25,670 nt of DNA from a virus (taxonomy: Duplodnaviria; Caudoviricetes). Where the stretch lies: positions 1 to 25,670 of the IMG/VR virus record IMGVR_UViG_3300017658_000012. The stretch is one strand, 5' to 3'. Within the stretch, counting starts at the first letter, position 1; each line of letters opens with the position of its first letter. Below, one piece after another: positions 15,351 through 24,664 of the stretch. The notes beneath the pieces are model-generated. The model was not told where the DNA came from, did not search any database, and worked only from the letters and a program-made list of their open reading frames with translations. The position numbers and the translations under genes are program-made.

Positions 15351-16009
15351 CCAAAGTCCAACCCATCAGCCCCGAATCCCTCCCGCCAGTCGTCTGGCAA
15401 GATGCCCGAGTCATCACGACCGAGCTGCTGGCCAAGGTGTATGGGACATCCTCTAACAACATCAAGGTCAATCACAGTAGGAACAAAGCGCGGTTCGTAG
15501 AGGGCAAGCATTTTTATCGGATCGCAGGGCAAGACCTCAAGGATTTGCGGGTGTCTTTAAGTAACTCACAAATCCCAGCCAAGGCCCGATCCGTCATTCT
15601 CTGGACAGAGCGCGGCGCGATGCGTCATGCCAAGATGCTGGAAACGGACAAGGCTTGGGAAGTGTTTGAGACGCTGGAGGATTGTTACTTCACAGTCAGG
15701 GCCAAACAGGCCGAAGGAAACCTCAGCACCGTGATGGATCGAGTGCCGCTGTACTACTTCACGGTTGACACCGTTCTTCGCCACCGACTCCTGTTCTCTC
15801 GGGTCTACCTGCTGATCAACCTTTTTGCAGGCTCCAAGCGCTTCAAGGAGATGACCAAGGATCAGGTGTCAGAGGTTGTCGAGTTCTGCGACCGCTTTGC
15901 GCTGGGGCAGGATACCCGTTCGGATTGGCAGAGGATCGTAGACAACCAGGAAAAGCTGTACGGGAAGCCCAAGCAGCTTGATATGGTCCAAAGGCTTTTG
16001 CTTAGTTAA
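15347..16009 (+). CDS. ORF6N-domain antirepressor-like DNA-binding protein
   Basis: ATG 15347 with GAGGAG RBS; RVITTELLAKVYGT..., RF.EGKHF, LWTERGA.RHAKML.TD.AWEV...LED.YF. Confidence 0.88.
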   Translation: MTKVQPISPESLPPVVWQDARVITTELLAKVYGTSSNNIKVNHSRNKARFVEGKHFYRIAGQDLKDLRVSLSNSQIPAKARSVILWTERGAMRHAKMLETDKAWEVFETLEDCYFTVRAKQAEGNLSTVMDRVPLYYFTVDTVLRHRLLFSRVYLLINLFAGSKRFKEMTKDQVSEVVEFCDRFALGQDTRSDWQRIVDNQEKLYGKPKQLDMVQRLLLS

Positions 16010-16015
16010 TTCCAA

Positions 16016-16068
16016 GCCGCCTCCGGGCGGTTTTTCATTTCTGGCTCTGCTTCGGCAGGGCCTTTTTT
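16016..16068 (+). terminator. Two tandem Rho-independent terminators before the tape measure gene
   Basis: GCCGCC-tccg-GGCGGT + TTTT (16016-16035) and GGCTCTGC-ttcg-GCAGGGCC + T6 (16043-16068). Confidence 0.85.
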
Positions 16069-16081
16069 ATGGGCGCTCGAA

Positions 16082-19000
16082 ATGGCACAAGAATCCCGCC
16101 TATCGATCACGATTGACAGTCGCAGTGCTGAACAACAGGCCGTCGATCTTGAAAAGGCACTCAAGGCGCTTGAAGCCGCCGGTGTGCGCGTTACAAGCAC
16201 AACCGGGCAAGCGGGCAGGTCTGCCGACGCGGCGGGGCGATCATTCTCCGGCGCGGGCCGTGATGCGCGGCAAGGCGCGGGCGACGTTGACAAGCTCAAT
16301 CGCTCGCTTCGCCAGACGGATGAACAGGCGGCGGCAGCAGCGGCAACAGTTGGACGCGTGTTCAAGGCGGCACTGGCCGGCTTTTCGGTAATGCATGTTA
16401 TCGACGTGGCCGACGAGTGGGGCCAGTACGCCAGCCGCATGAAGATGGCCACCGAGAGCCAGGAGGAATACAACCACGCGCAAGACCGCATGGTCAAATC
16501 AGCGCAGCTTACCTTCCGCGCCATCAACGAAACCCGTGAATCATTCATCCAGCTCTCGCCGGTGCTGCGCCAGATGGGGCAGAGCCTTGATCAGTCGATT
16601 GACACGGTAGAGGCGTTTTCCTCGCTGCTGGTGGTGAACGGCGCGAATGCGGAGCGCGGCGCTGCGGCAATGCAGGCTCTGGCGAAATCCTTGCAAAAAG
16701 GCAGGGTCGATGCCGACGCATGGGTAACTATTTACTCGACCGTCGATACCATTGTGGATGCCATCGCCGCAAGCTCAGGCAAGACCGCCGCCGAAATCCG
16801 AAAAATGGGTGTCGAGGGCAAGATCTCGGCTGAACTGTTGGCGCAGTCGTTGTTGGGCGTACATGACGCGGCAGTTAAGCAGGTCGAGGAAATGCCGACA
16901 ACGGTGCGTGATTCCCTGCGAAACCTAAGTACCGTGTTTGGCGAGTATGTCGGCCAGGCCAACGAGGCCAACGGCGCCACGCAGGTATTGGTGACCGGTA
17001 TCAATGCATTATCTGCGAACTTCAACACGCTGGTCGATGTTGGATTGTATGCAGCCGCTGGCGCATTGGCTCTTTATACGTCGCGCAGCTTAGGGGCGCT
17101 CGCGGCAAGCTCCCAGGCGATGTTGGTTCAATTCGCAAAAGCACGAGCTACGCTGGCTGAGGCCAAGGCTGAAGCAGATCGCACGGCAATCGTGCTGGCA
17201 AGCACAAGAGCAAATCTGGGATTGTCGGCATCAATGGCGGAACTAACCGCCGCCACCTTAGCCCAGGAAGCGGCCAGCAAGCGATTAGCGGCGGCTCAAG
17301 CTGCCACGACGACAGCCGGCAGGGCGCTTCTGGGTGTACTGGGTGGTCCTGCAGGGATGCTGTTAACCGTAGGACTTGCCGCCACCGCGTTCTATTCACT
17401 CAGACCGGCCACCGACGTTGCCGTTGCCGGCTTCGATAACCTGCAAGGATCGCTCGACGAAACCATCGCCAAGTTCAAGGAATTGAACACGCTGCAGCGC
17501 CAGCGAGTCATTGACCTGAAGACCGATGAATTGGGGGAGCAGAGCAAGGCGCTTTCGTCTGCTCTGAACTCTCTGGCAGCCAGCTTCGAGCCTACGCTCG
17601 CGCGCGGCGCCAAGGCAGCGGCCAAGTTCCGCGCCGATTTCAAGATCGAGCTGGAGGGCATTGTCAGTGATTCGAACCTGAACAAAGACGAGCTTGCCAA
17701 TGCGCTATCTGGCCTCATCGACCGCTGGGCGACTGCGGGGAATTGGTCTGATGACCTGCGCGTGAAGATGCGTGCAGGCGCGGCGCAGGTCGCCGAAAAC
17801 GCCGGGAAGGTGCGTGATATTCAGGCGGCACTGGATGCCATGACGGGCGCACTTGCGTCCAACACAGCGGGCGTGCAAGCGAATAACGCAGCCCAAGCGG
17901 GATTCTCGGAGGGCGGGCAAAAGTACCTGGCAACGCTCCAGCGCAGAATTGCAGCGCTCCAGGACGGCGGCGATCCTATAAAGGAAGCCGAGCGGTTTAT
18001 TCGTGATCACGCGGATTCGACAGATCTGGATACCGTCGCGCTCATGTCCAACGCCCACGCGTTGAAGACACTGCTGGATTGGCAAAAGTCGGCTGGCCAA
18101 TCGACCCGAACGTCGCAATCTGAACTCGAGCGCATGACCCAGGCGCTGCGTGAGCAGGTTTCCGTGCTGGGCATGACCGAGGAGCAGGCCGCTCGCCATC
18201 GTATCGAAACCGCCAAGGGCACGCAGGCACAAAAAGCCGAGGCGCTGGCGCTGCTCGAACACGTCCAGGCGCAAGAGCGGCTGACGAAAGCCAAGGATGC
18301 CTACAAATCGCTGTTGCTGGACCTGCGCACAGAGCAAGAGAAGGCAATCGATCAGTTCCGCGAACAAAAGCAGGTACTGGATGCGGTCAATGTCTCGGCG
18401 GACGAATATGCCCGCGTGATTGCCCGCATGTCGGCGGCGAGCATCAGTGCGCCTCCGCAGTTTGGCGGCCTGGATGCGTCGGTGGGCGGAGCGTCTTCCG
18501 AGTTGCTGCGCGTGGCCGAAGCTCGGGCAGCGCTGGATGAATGGCGGGCGACGGAGTTGGCCAAGCAGCAGGAATTTCTGGCGCAGAAGCTCATTAACGA
18601 GCAGCAGTATGCCGACAACGTACTGAATATCACGCAGCAAACCAATGCCCAGCAGGAAACTTTACAGAACGCTTGGCGTTCTGCCACATTGGGCACCTTT
18701 TCGACTGTAACCAGCAGTGCAGCCGAGATGCTGCGAGGATTAGGCCAAGAGGGGTCTCTCGCATACAAGGCGCTGTTCGTTGCGAGTAAAGCTGCGAACA
18801 TCGCCCAAGCAATTCTCAATACTGAGAATGCCTACACTCAGGCCTTGGCGTTGCCGGGGAACGTGGGCTTGACGTTGGCTCCATACATTCGCGGCCTTGG
18901 CTATGCCTCTGTCGGCATCATGGCGGCCACATCCTTGACTGGCATGGCGCACGACGGCATAGACCAAGTACCACGCGAAGGCACTTGGCTGTTGGACAAG

Positions 19001-19273
19001 GGCGAACGCGTCCTGAATCCCCGCCAGAACGCCGACCTTACCGATTACCTGCAGCGTGAGAACAGCAATGCAGGCGGGCAGGGCGCGCAACAGAACGTCA
19101 TCACTGTGCAGGTGAGCATCGATCAGAGTGGCATGACCCAATCCCAAACAACGACCGGCACTGAGCAGAACGCCCGCCAGCTGGGCGACATGATCGCCGA
19201 GCAGGTGCGGGTGCTTATTGCTGAAGAAACCCGCCAGGGCGGCGTGATCTGGAATTTGAGGAACCAGTACTGA
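16082..19273 (+). CDS. Tail tape measure protein (1063 aa)
   Basis: Ala-rich helical protein; tape-measure N-terminal domain (ADEW...ASRMK..., MPTTV.DSL.NL); C-terminal GMAHDGID.VP.EGTWLL.KGERV and E.RQGG motifs. Confidence 0.95.
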   Translation: MAQESRLSITIDSRSAEQQAVDLEKALKALEAAGVRVTSTTGQAGRSADAAGRSFSGAGRDARQGAGDVDKLNRSLRQTDEQAAAAAATVGRVFKAALAGFSVMHVIDVADEWGQYASRMKMATESQEEYNHAQDRMVKSAQLTFRAINETRESFIQLSPVLRQMGQSLDQSIDTVEAFSSLLVVNGANAERGAAAMQALAKSLQKGRVDADAWVTIYSTVDTIVDAIAASSGKTAAEIRKMGVEGKISAELLAQSLLGVHDAAVKQVEEMPTTVRDSLRNLSTVFGEYVGQANEANGATQVLVTGINALSANFNTLVDVGLYAAAGALALYTSRSLGALAASSQAMLVQFAKARATLAEAKAEADRTAIVLASTRANLGLSASMAELTAATLAQEAASKRLAAAQAATTTAGRALLGVLGGPAGMLLTVGLAATAFYSLRPATDVAVAGFDNLQGSLDETIAKFKELNTLQRQRVIDLKTDELGEQSKALSSALNSLAASFEPTLARGAKAAAKFRADFKIELEGIVSDSNLNKDELANALSGLIDRWATAGNWSDDLRVKMRAGAAQVAENAGKVRDIQAALDAMTGALASNTAGVQANNAAQAGFSEGGQKYLATLQRRIAALQDGGDPIKEAERFIRDHADSTDLDTVALMSNAHALKTLLDWQKSAGQSTRTSQSELERMTQALREQVSVLGMTEEQAARHRIETAKGTQAQKAEALALLEHVQAQERLTKAKDAYKSLLLDLRTEQEKAIDQFREQKQVLDAVNVSADEYARVIARMSAASISAPPQFGGLDASVGGASSELLRVAEARAALDEWRATELAKQQEFLAQKLINEQQYADNVLNITQQTNAQQETLQNAWRSATLGTFSTVTSSAAEMLRGLGQEGSLAYKALFVASKAANIAQAILNTENAYTQALALPGNVGLTLAPYIRGLGYASVGIMAATSLTGMAHDGIDQVPREGTWLLDKGERVLNPRQNADLTDYLQRENSNAGGQGAQQNVITVQVSIDQSGMTQSQTTTGTEQNARQLGDMIAEQVRVLIAEETRQGGVIWNLRNQY

Positions 19274-19608
19274 TGTTTACCTTTACTTGGCTGCCCGAAG
19301 AAAAGGCTACTCCCGAAACCACATTCCAGACGCTCACAGCCGCTTTCGGAGAGGGCTATGAGCAGGCGGCGGGAGACGGTCTGAACAACATCCGCCAGTC
19401 CTGGCCGCTCACGTTCTTTGGCGAGTGGGACAAGATCGATGCGATCAGGAAGTTTCTGGACGCCCGTGGCGGTTATGAGGCGTTTCTTTGGACGCCGCCA
19501 GGCGAGACTGAACCCATTGCCGTGCGCGTCACTTCCTACACGCGTCCCCACCGTGGCGCCAATGCGTGGGTGCTGAACGCGACCTTCATACAGAAATTCA
19601 TCCCCTGA
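19273..19608 (+). CDS. Distal tail protein, lambda gpM-like
   Basis: FTW.P, FGEGYEQ...DGLN and FLDARGGYEAFLWTPP motifs; TGATG overlap with the tape measure gene. Confidence 0.93.
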   Translation: MFTFTWLPEEKATPETTFQTLTAAFGEGYEQAAGDGLNNIRQSWPLTFFGEWDKIDAIRKFLDARGGYEAFLWTPPGETEPIAVRVTSYTRPHRGANAWVLNATFIQKFIP

Positions 19609-19626
19609 CTATAGAGAGATATTCCT

Positions 19627-21516
19627 ATGGCCCTTGACCCTATCAACACCGGAACCGCCCCAAACGACGGCTCCGGCGACAAACTTCGCGCTGCGTTCGG
19701 CAAGGTCAACGAGAATGACCAGTACCTTGAAGGCAAAGCCACCACCGCCCAGCAAACAGCCGAATCCGCCGGCACTGCCGCGCAACAAGCCCAGGAGGCT
19801 GCCGACGAAGCAGGCCTGGCAGCCGAGCAGGCCAACACCGACCTTGCCGCCCACAAGACCAGCGGCGACCACGACGACAGGTATCTGAAGCTAGACCAGG
19901 TTGTGACAGCACCAGCAGCCGGAAAAACGCCCAAGGCCGGCGAGGCAGGTACCTTCGCTCCAGAGTGGATTGAAGGGCTGGTCAACAGACTGAAGTACCT
20001 GGAATCAGTGGCGGAGAATGTGGACTGGACTTCGATTGCTCCGTTATGGGCTAATGGCCGGGACGGGTTTCTGTGGGATGTGCAGGATCTGAGCAGCTTG
20101 TTTGCGGACATGAACGGCCAGTCACCTGCGGTCTTTGGGGGGCCTGTCGGAGTGGTGTTGGATATGAAGGCCCCAGGCGCTCGCGGTCCCGAATTGAGTC
20201 CCGATGCCAACCCGCCGTTGGCGACGACCGATGGTTGGGTTACGACGGCAGGTGCTGATGTCGCGCTTGTCAATGGCGCGGTGGTTGCTACTCTCACGAC
20301 CAGCAGCGGAGGCGGGCAGACCTACAAAGAAATTCCCGGAATGGTCGCTGGCAAATGGTACGAGTATGTTGCGAAAATCAATGCGCCCCAAGGTCTACGG
20401 GTACAGGCATGGTCGGGCGTGGACATGGCCTACAAGTCCTATCCGCCGGGTACAACCGAGGTCCGTTTGCTTTGTTTCGCAACCGGAACAGCACTGCGTC
20501 CCCGGCTTTATATCGGCCAGAGTTCGTCGCCAGACATCAATTCGACGCTAACAATCTTGTCACAATCCCTGCGGGAGATTCCCGGTCATCACCTGTATCA
20601 ACCTGTCAGTACGGCGCGGTCAACGCTGAAAATCTATGCAACCGACGTTGGGGCAAACCAGACGCCCGACTATGCAACGTGGACGTATCAATCTGGTTGG
20701 AATTGGAACGGCGCAACGCTGGAGAAAACAGAAACCGAGGCGGGAGCCGCTACCTATTTCAGCGTGCCCCTGAAGCCGCTGACCTATTATCGGTTTACCA
20801 CGCAGGTCGCCGCGCTCGGGGGTGTTGGAGGCGGGGTTCGGCCTTTCATTTCCGGCACCCCTGGAGCCGGTCAGCTTAACGGAGAAGCTTTTGCGGAGGT
20901 TGGCACCAATGTCCAGTATCTAGCTACCAGAGAATCAGATAGCCGTGCCGGGCTGACCAGCGGAGGAGGCAATACCGCAACCATTACCGATTTTCAGGTG
21001 CAAGAGGTGTTCACGTGGAGGTACTGGCTGAAACCCGATGGCGTGGATGATTTTTACAATATTAGTGGCGGAGCAATAGACCTGACGCAAGGGGCTGCTG
21101 GATTCGCGGCGGCTATTGATGTTGCTGTGCCGTCAGGTTTTTATACGACGCTTTCCAATGCAACCGGCACACGCGCGCTTAATTTCCGGCGCGGAAATTC
21201 GAATGGCTGGCGACAATCGAACGTCAGCGTTGAGCAGGCGTTACCTCCGAAACCAAGACAGAGTGTTTTGTACTCGACCATGGCGTCGGGATACGCCCAG
21301 GCCGAGGACAGTACTGGGGCCGTAAGCGCGTTGGATAACGGCGGGACGCCGCAAGGCGTTGGCATCCACGATTTGTTCCTGGTGAGCAACGCTGGCCAAT
21401 ATCCGTGGCGCTTTCCCATATACGGTGCGATTGGCCGCGCGGGTGCCGCCACTGAGTTCGAGCGTAAACAAATGCTACGGTGGCTCGATAGCTGCCTTGT
21501 GGAGGTATCCGAATGA
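19627..21516 (+). CDS. Putative side tail fibre / receptor-binding protein (629 aa, modular beta-rich)
   Basis: N-terminal INTGTAPNDGSGDKLRAAFGKVNEN virion-attachment motif, Ala-rich coiled coil, HKTSGDHDDRY fibre motif, then Gly/Thr/aromatic-rich beta modules. Confidence 0.7.
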   Translation: MALDPINTGTAPNDGSGDKLRAAFGKVNENDQYLEGKATTAQQTAESAGTAAQQAQEAADEAGLAAEQANTDLAAHKTSGDHDDRYLKLDQVVTAPAAGKTPKAGEAGTFAPEWIEGLVNRLKYLESVAENVDWTSIAPLWANGRDGFLWDVQDLSSLFADMNGQSPAVFGGPVGVVLDMKAPGARGPELSPDANPPLATTDGWVTTAGADVALVNGAVVATLTTSSGGGQTYKEIPGMVAGKWYEYVAKINAPQGLRVQAWSGVDMAYKSYPPGTTEVRLLCFATGTALRPRLYIGQSSSPDINSTLTILSQSLREIPGHHLYQPVSTARSTLKIYATDVGANQTPDYATWTYQSGWNWNGATLEKTETEAGAATYFSVPLKPLTYYRFTTQVAALGGVGGGVRPFISGTPGAGQLNGEAFAEVGTNVQYLATRESDSRAGLTSGGGNTATITDFQVQEVFTWRYWLKPDGVDDFYNISGGAIDLTQGAAGFAAAIDVAVPSGFYTTLSNATGTRALNFRRGNSNGWRQSNVSVEQALPPKPRQSVLYSTMASGYAQAEDSTGAVSALDNGGTPQGVGIHDLFLVSNAGQYPWRFPIYGAIGRAGAATEFERKQMLRWLDSCLVEVSE

Positions 21517-21872
21517 ACTACGTACACCGCTGTCTGATCGTCCCTGTTGCATACGTGGACGCAGCCCGCCAACTGGCCGCACTTGCTGCTGGCCCTGCTG
21601 GTGAGGGCATGTTTATCGTCCCGTTATCTGCCGACGGTCAGGAGCCTGCAACCCACTACATCAGCGTCGGTCCGGTCGGTGAGGATATGGCCGTACTGCT
21701 GGAATCCGGGGATAACGTTTACGCGGCTATCGATGCTGCAACAGAGGGCAACTCCCCCTATACGCTGGAGCAGTGCCGCGCGCTGATCGACTCCTGCGAC
21801 ATATCCGAGGATGCCGCAGATGTGGCGCTGGCGAGGCTGGGGCTGCAGGTTATGCAGGATGATCTTGTCTAA
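21513..21872 (+). CDS. Small acidic partner of the fibre (chaperone or accessory subunit), 119 aa
   Basis: GGAGG RBS, ATGA overlap with the fibre gene; function inferred from coupling. Confidence 0.6.
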   Translation: MNYVHRCLIVPVAYVDAARQLAALAAGPAGEGMFIVPLSADGQEPATHYISVGPVGEDMAVLLESGDNVYAAIDAATEGNSPYTLEQCRALIDSCDISEDAADVALARLGLQVMQDDLV

Positions 21873-21967
21873 CGACCCTGCGCTGACGGCCATGCCTAAC
21901 GTTGCTACGCGACACAATAAAATGGGCGTCTGATTCAACAATCAACAATACTTATAAATGGTGACCA

Positions 21968-22486
21968 ATGGAGAGGTTAACTAATTCGATCAAAGCCGCT
22001 CTCGATAACCGCAATTGGTATGCAGCACTCGCATTAGCTTTAACGATGCCCGATATTTGTGGAAAGCTTGACCATCCGGATATGGCTTCTAGCCGGCGAT
22101 ATCCAGCATGGTTCGATCAGTGGTTAAGTGCCAAGTACACGGCATACGTCGGCCCCGCTCGGGAAAGGGTGGTGCTTCTCTCAGGCAACGATTGCTACGC
22201 GCTTCGGTGCAGCTATTTGCATCAAGGAGCGGACGAAATTAGCGGGCAAAGATGCCGCGATGTGCTCAGTTCGTTTCATTTTTGTGAACCAGAGAGAAAC
22301 AACATTGTGCACAACAATCAGGTGACCATGGGCGACGGATCCATAGCATTGCAATTACAGGTGGATATTTTTTGTGCCGACATGATTGATGCGGTGCACC
22401 GTTGGCTCGATGTGCAATCCCAAGACCTTCCCGACAGAATGGCAGACTTTCTTCGGGTTTGGCCGCATCCGTTCGCTCCACAATAG
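21968..22486 (+). CDS. Moron: stand-alone HEPN-like protein (172 aa)
   Basis: R80-CSYL-H85 (RxxxxH) preceded by helical WYAALALALTMPDIC and Y..WFD.W segments; AT-rich flanks; own terminator. Confidence 0.65.
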   Translation: MERLTNSIKAALDNRNWYAALALALTMPDICGKLDHPDMASSRRYPAWFDQWLSAKYTAYVGPARERVVLLSGNDCYALRCSYLHQGADEISGQRCRDVLSSFHFCEPERNNIVHNNQVTMGDGSIALQLQVDIFCADMIDAVHRWLDVQSQDLPDRMADFLRVWPHPFAPQ

Positions 22487-22518
22487 GCTCCACAATATCA
22501 TCTGTCTTTGCTTTTAGT

Positions 22519-22542
22519 GCCCGCTTAATGCGGGCCTTTTTT
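22519..22542 (+). terminator. Rho-independent terminator after the HEPN-like gene
   Basis: GCCCGC-ttaat-GCGGGC followed by CTTTTTT. Confidence 0.85.
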
Positions 22543-22553
22543 ATTGGTGAGTC

Positions 22554-23297
22554 ATGGCTATTACCGAAGACGTACAAAAGCTGGAGCCTGGCAGCCAGGT
22601 CACTGTGTACGAACTGGACGCCCAGGCCATTGGAGCCGGAACGTTGTTCTTTCACGGCTACCCGCAGAAGGCTCCCATCTGGTGGCAGGGCAAGCGGTAC
22701 GAGCCCTGGGCAATCGAAGCAACGGGCTTTCAGCGAACCAGCGAAGGCCGCCAGCCATCGCCCACGCTCCGGGTCGGCAATATCGGCGAGTCCGAGGACG
22801 GCAAGCCCATTGTCGGCGTCATATCCTCGATGTGTCGTCAGTATGGCGATCTGGTAGGCGCTCGCCTTATCCGGCATCGGACGCTGAAGAAATACCTGGA
22901 CGCCGAGAACTTCCCCGACGGCAATCCGACAGCCGATCCCACGCAGGAATTTGCGCCAGAGATCTGGCTGATCGAGCAGCGCACAAGTAGCACTGCGGAA
23001 GTGGTCGAATTCCGCCTATCAAGCCCGCTCGATTTCCAGGGCCGGCAACTGCCTGGAGGGCAGATCACTACATATTGCCCATGGACCCGCATTGGTGGTT
23101 ATCGGGGCCCGTACTGCGCGTACACCGGCTCGGCGATGTTCGACCGCAACGACAACCCCACCAATGACCCAGCGCAGGATAGGTGCCCTGGGTTCCTGTC
23201 GAGCTGCCGCATCCGCTTCGCCAGCCAGCAGAATTGCCAGCCGGTAGAGGCGGTTGTGAATTTTGGCGGCTATCCAAGCGCAGACCGGCTGAGGTAA
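22554..23297 (+). CDS. Tail tip protein, lambda gpL-like (Fe-S cluster)
   Basis: IWWQG..YEPW.IEA.GF, KYLDA.NF..GNPTADP, LSSPLD; C-terminal Cys set CPW..YRG..C...D.C....SSC..RF; FGGYP. Confidence 0.95.
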   Translation: MAITEDVQKLEPGSQVTVYELDAQAIGAGTLFFHGYPQKAPIWWQGKRYEPWAIEATGFQRTSEGRQPSPTLRVGNIGESEDGKPIVGVISSMCRQYGDLVGARLIRHRTLKKYLDAENFPDGNPTADPTQEFAPEIWLIEQRTSSTAEVVEFRLSSPLDFQGRQLPGGQITTYCPWTRIGGYRGPYCAYTGSAMFDRNDNPTNDPAQDRCPGFLSSCRIRFASQQNCQPVEAVVNFGGYPSADRLR

Positions 23298-23300
23298 ACG

Positions 23301-24071
23301 ATGAACAAACAGACTGTTGAAGCCGTCAAGGCCCACGCCCTGGCGGAATACCCGCGCGAGAGCTGCGGGCTGGTCATTGCCAAGGGCAGGAAAGAGATAT
23401 ACCTGCCGTGCAGCAACGCAGCGCAAGGCCACGGGCATTTCATGATCAGCGGCCAGGACTATGCCGATGCCGAGGATCAAGGGCAGGTCATCATGGTGGT
23501 GCATTCGCATCCGGATATGCCTGCAAAGCCATCCGAGGCGGACCGCGTGGCATGCGAGGCGTCCGGGTTGCCGTGGTGCATCGTGTCGATCATGCCCGGT
23601 GGCGATGGGCCGCAGGTGGCCGAGGTGATCAGTTTTGCTCCTGAGGGCTATGTCGCGCCGCTCGTGGGCAGGCAGTTCTATCACGGCGTTTTGGACTGCT
23701 ACACCATCGTGCAGGACTGGTTCAGCCGCCAGCGAGGCATTGTGCTTCCCGACTTCGAGCGTGAGGACAATTGGTGGGAAGGCGAGCATGAACTGTATCT
23801 GGAGAACTTCGAGAAGGCCGGGTTCACGCCTATCGGTGATGGGCAATCCGTTCAGGTTGGCGACGTAATCCTCATGCAGCTGCGCAGCGAACGCGTCAAT
23901 CACGCCGCCGTTTTCATTGGCGCTGAGCCGCTGAAAGAAGCGCCGGACCTTTTTACCGTACCGGACGCAATGCTGCATCACGTCTACGGCAAGCTGTCCG
24001 AGCGCACGCCCTATGGCGGTTATTGGCGGGAGATTACCCGCCTGATCATTCGACACAAGGATCTCAGATGA
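23301..24071 (+). CDS. Tail assembly protein, lambda gpK-like (JAB/Mov34 + NlpC/P60)
   Basis: EYPRESCG, HSHPD...PSEAD (JAB); DCY, NHAA, MLHH (NlpC/P60). Confidence 0.95.
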   Translation: MNKQTVEAVKAHALAEYPRESCGLVIAKGRKEIYLPCSNAAQGHGHFMISGQDYADAEDQGQVIMVVHSHPDMPAKPSEADRVACEASGLPWCIVSIMPGGDGPQVAEVISFAPEGYVAPLVGRQFYHGVLDCYTIVQDWFSRQRGIVLPDFEREDNWWEGEHELYLENFEKAGFTPIGDGQSVQVGDVILMQLRSERVNHAAVFIGAEPLKEAPDLFTVPDAMLHHVYGKLSERTPYGGYWREITRLIIRHKDLR

Positions 24072-24664
24072 GTGACGAGAAACTGCGCAATGTGCGCCTG
24101 TACGGCAAGCTCGGTACGATGTTTGGCCGGGTACATCGTCTGGCCGTCTCCAGCACCGCAGAAGCCGTGCGGGCGCTGTGTGTCATGGTACCGGGATTCG
24201 AAGCCGAGCTCATGAAAAGCAAGGACAGGGGCATTTCTTACGCCTGTTTCCTAGGAAAGCACAATATCGATGCCGAGCAGCTCGAGGCCCCAGCCGGAAG
24301 CGACGACATACGGATTGCGCCAGTGATTGCGGGCGCCAAGAGCGGCGGCATATTTCAAACGATTCTGGGCGTGGCGCTGATCGCTGTGGCCTGGTGGAAT
24401 CCTGGAAGCTGGTTGAGTGCTGGTGCTGTAACGGGAATGTTCGCCGCCGGCGCAGGCATGGCCATCGGGGGCATATTCCAAATGATCAGCCCTACGCCGA
24501 CAGGACTTGGAACGGCAGATAGGCCGGAGAACGGTGCATCGTACAACTTCAACGGACCGGTAAACACGACAGCGCAGGGCAACCCTGTGCCATTTGGCTA
24601 CGGAGAGGCATGGTGCGGCAGCGCCACTATCTCGGCAGGCATCTACGCGGAAGACCAGCAGTGA
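24068..24664 (+). CDS. Tail assembly protein, lambda gpI-like
   Basis: ATG 24068 (ATGA overlap); VRLYG.LG..FGR, IRIAPVIAGAK.GG.FQ.ILG, NT.AQGNPVP..YGE. Confidence 0.95.
   Translation: MSDEKLRNVRLYGKLGTMFGRVHRLAVSSTAEAVRALCVMVPGFEAELMKSKDRGISYACFLGKHNIDAEQLEAPAGSDDIRIAPVIAGAKSGGIFQTILGVALIAVAWWNPGSWLSAGAVTGMFAAGAGMAIGGIFQMISPTPTGLGTADRPENGASYNFNGPVNTTAQGNPVPFGYGEAWCGSATISAGIYAEDQQ

Noticed and set aside
21935-21948. TCAACAA tandem repeat and nearby TAAAAT as a regulatory site for the HEPN-like gene
   Set aside because: Too short in AT-rich sequence, and no properly spaced -35 was found.
19627-22486. Diversity-generating retroelement or invertase-based fibre switching
   Set aside because: No reverse transcriptase, no template/variable repeat pair, no invertase and no inverted crossover sites seen in the window.
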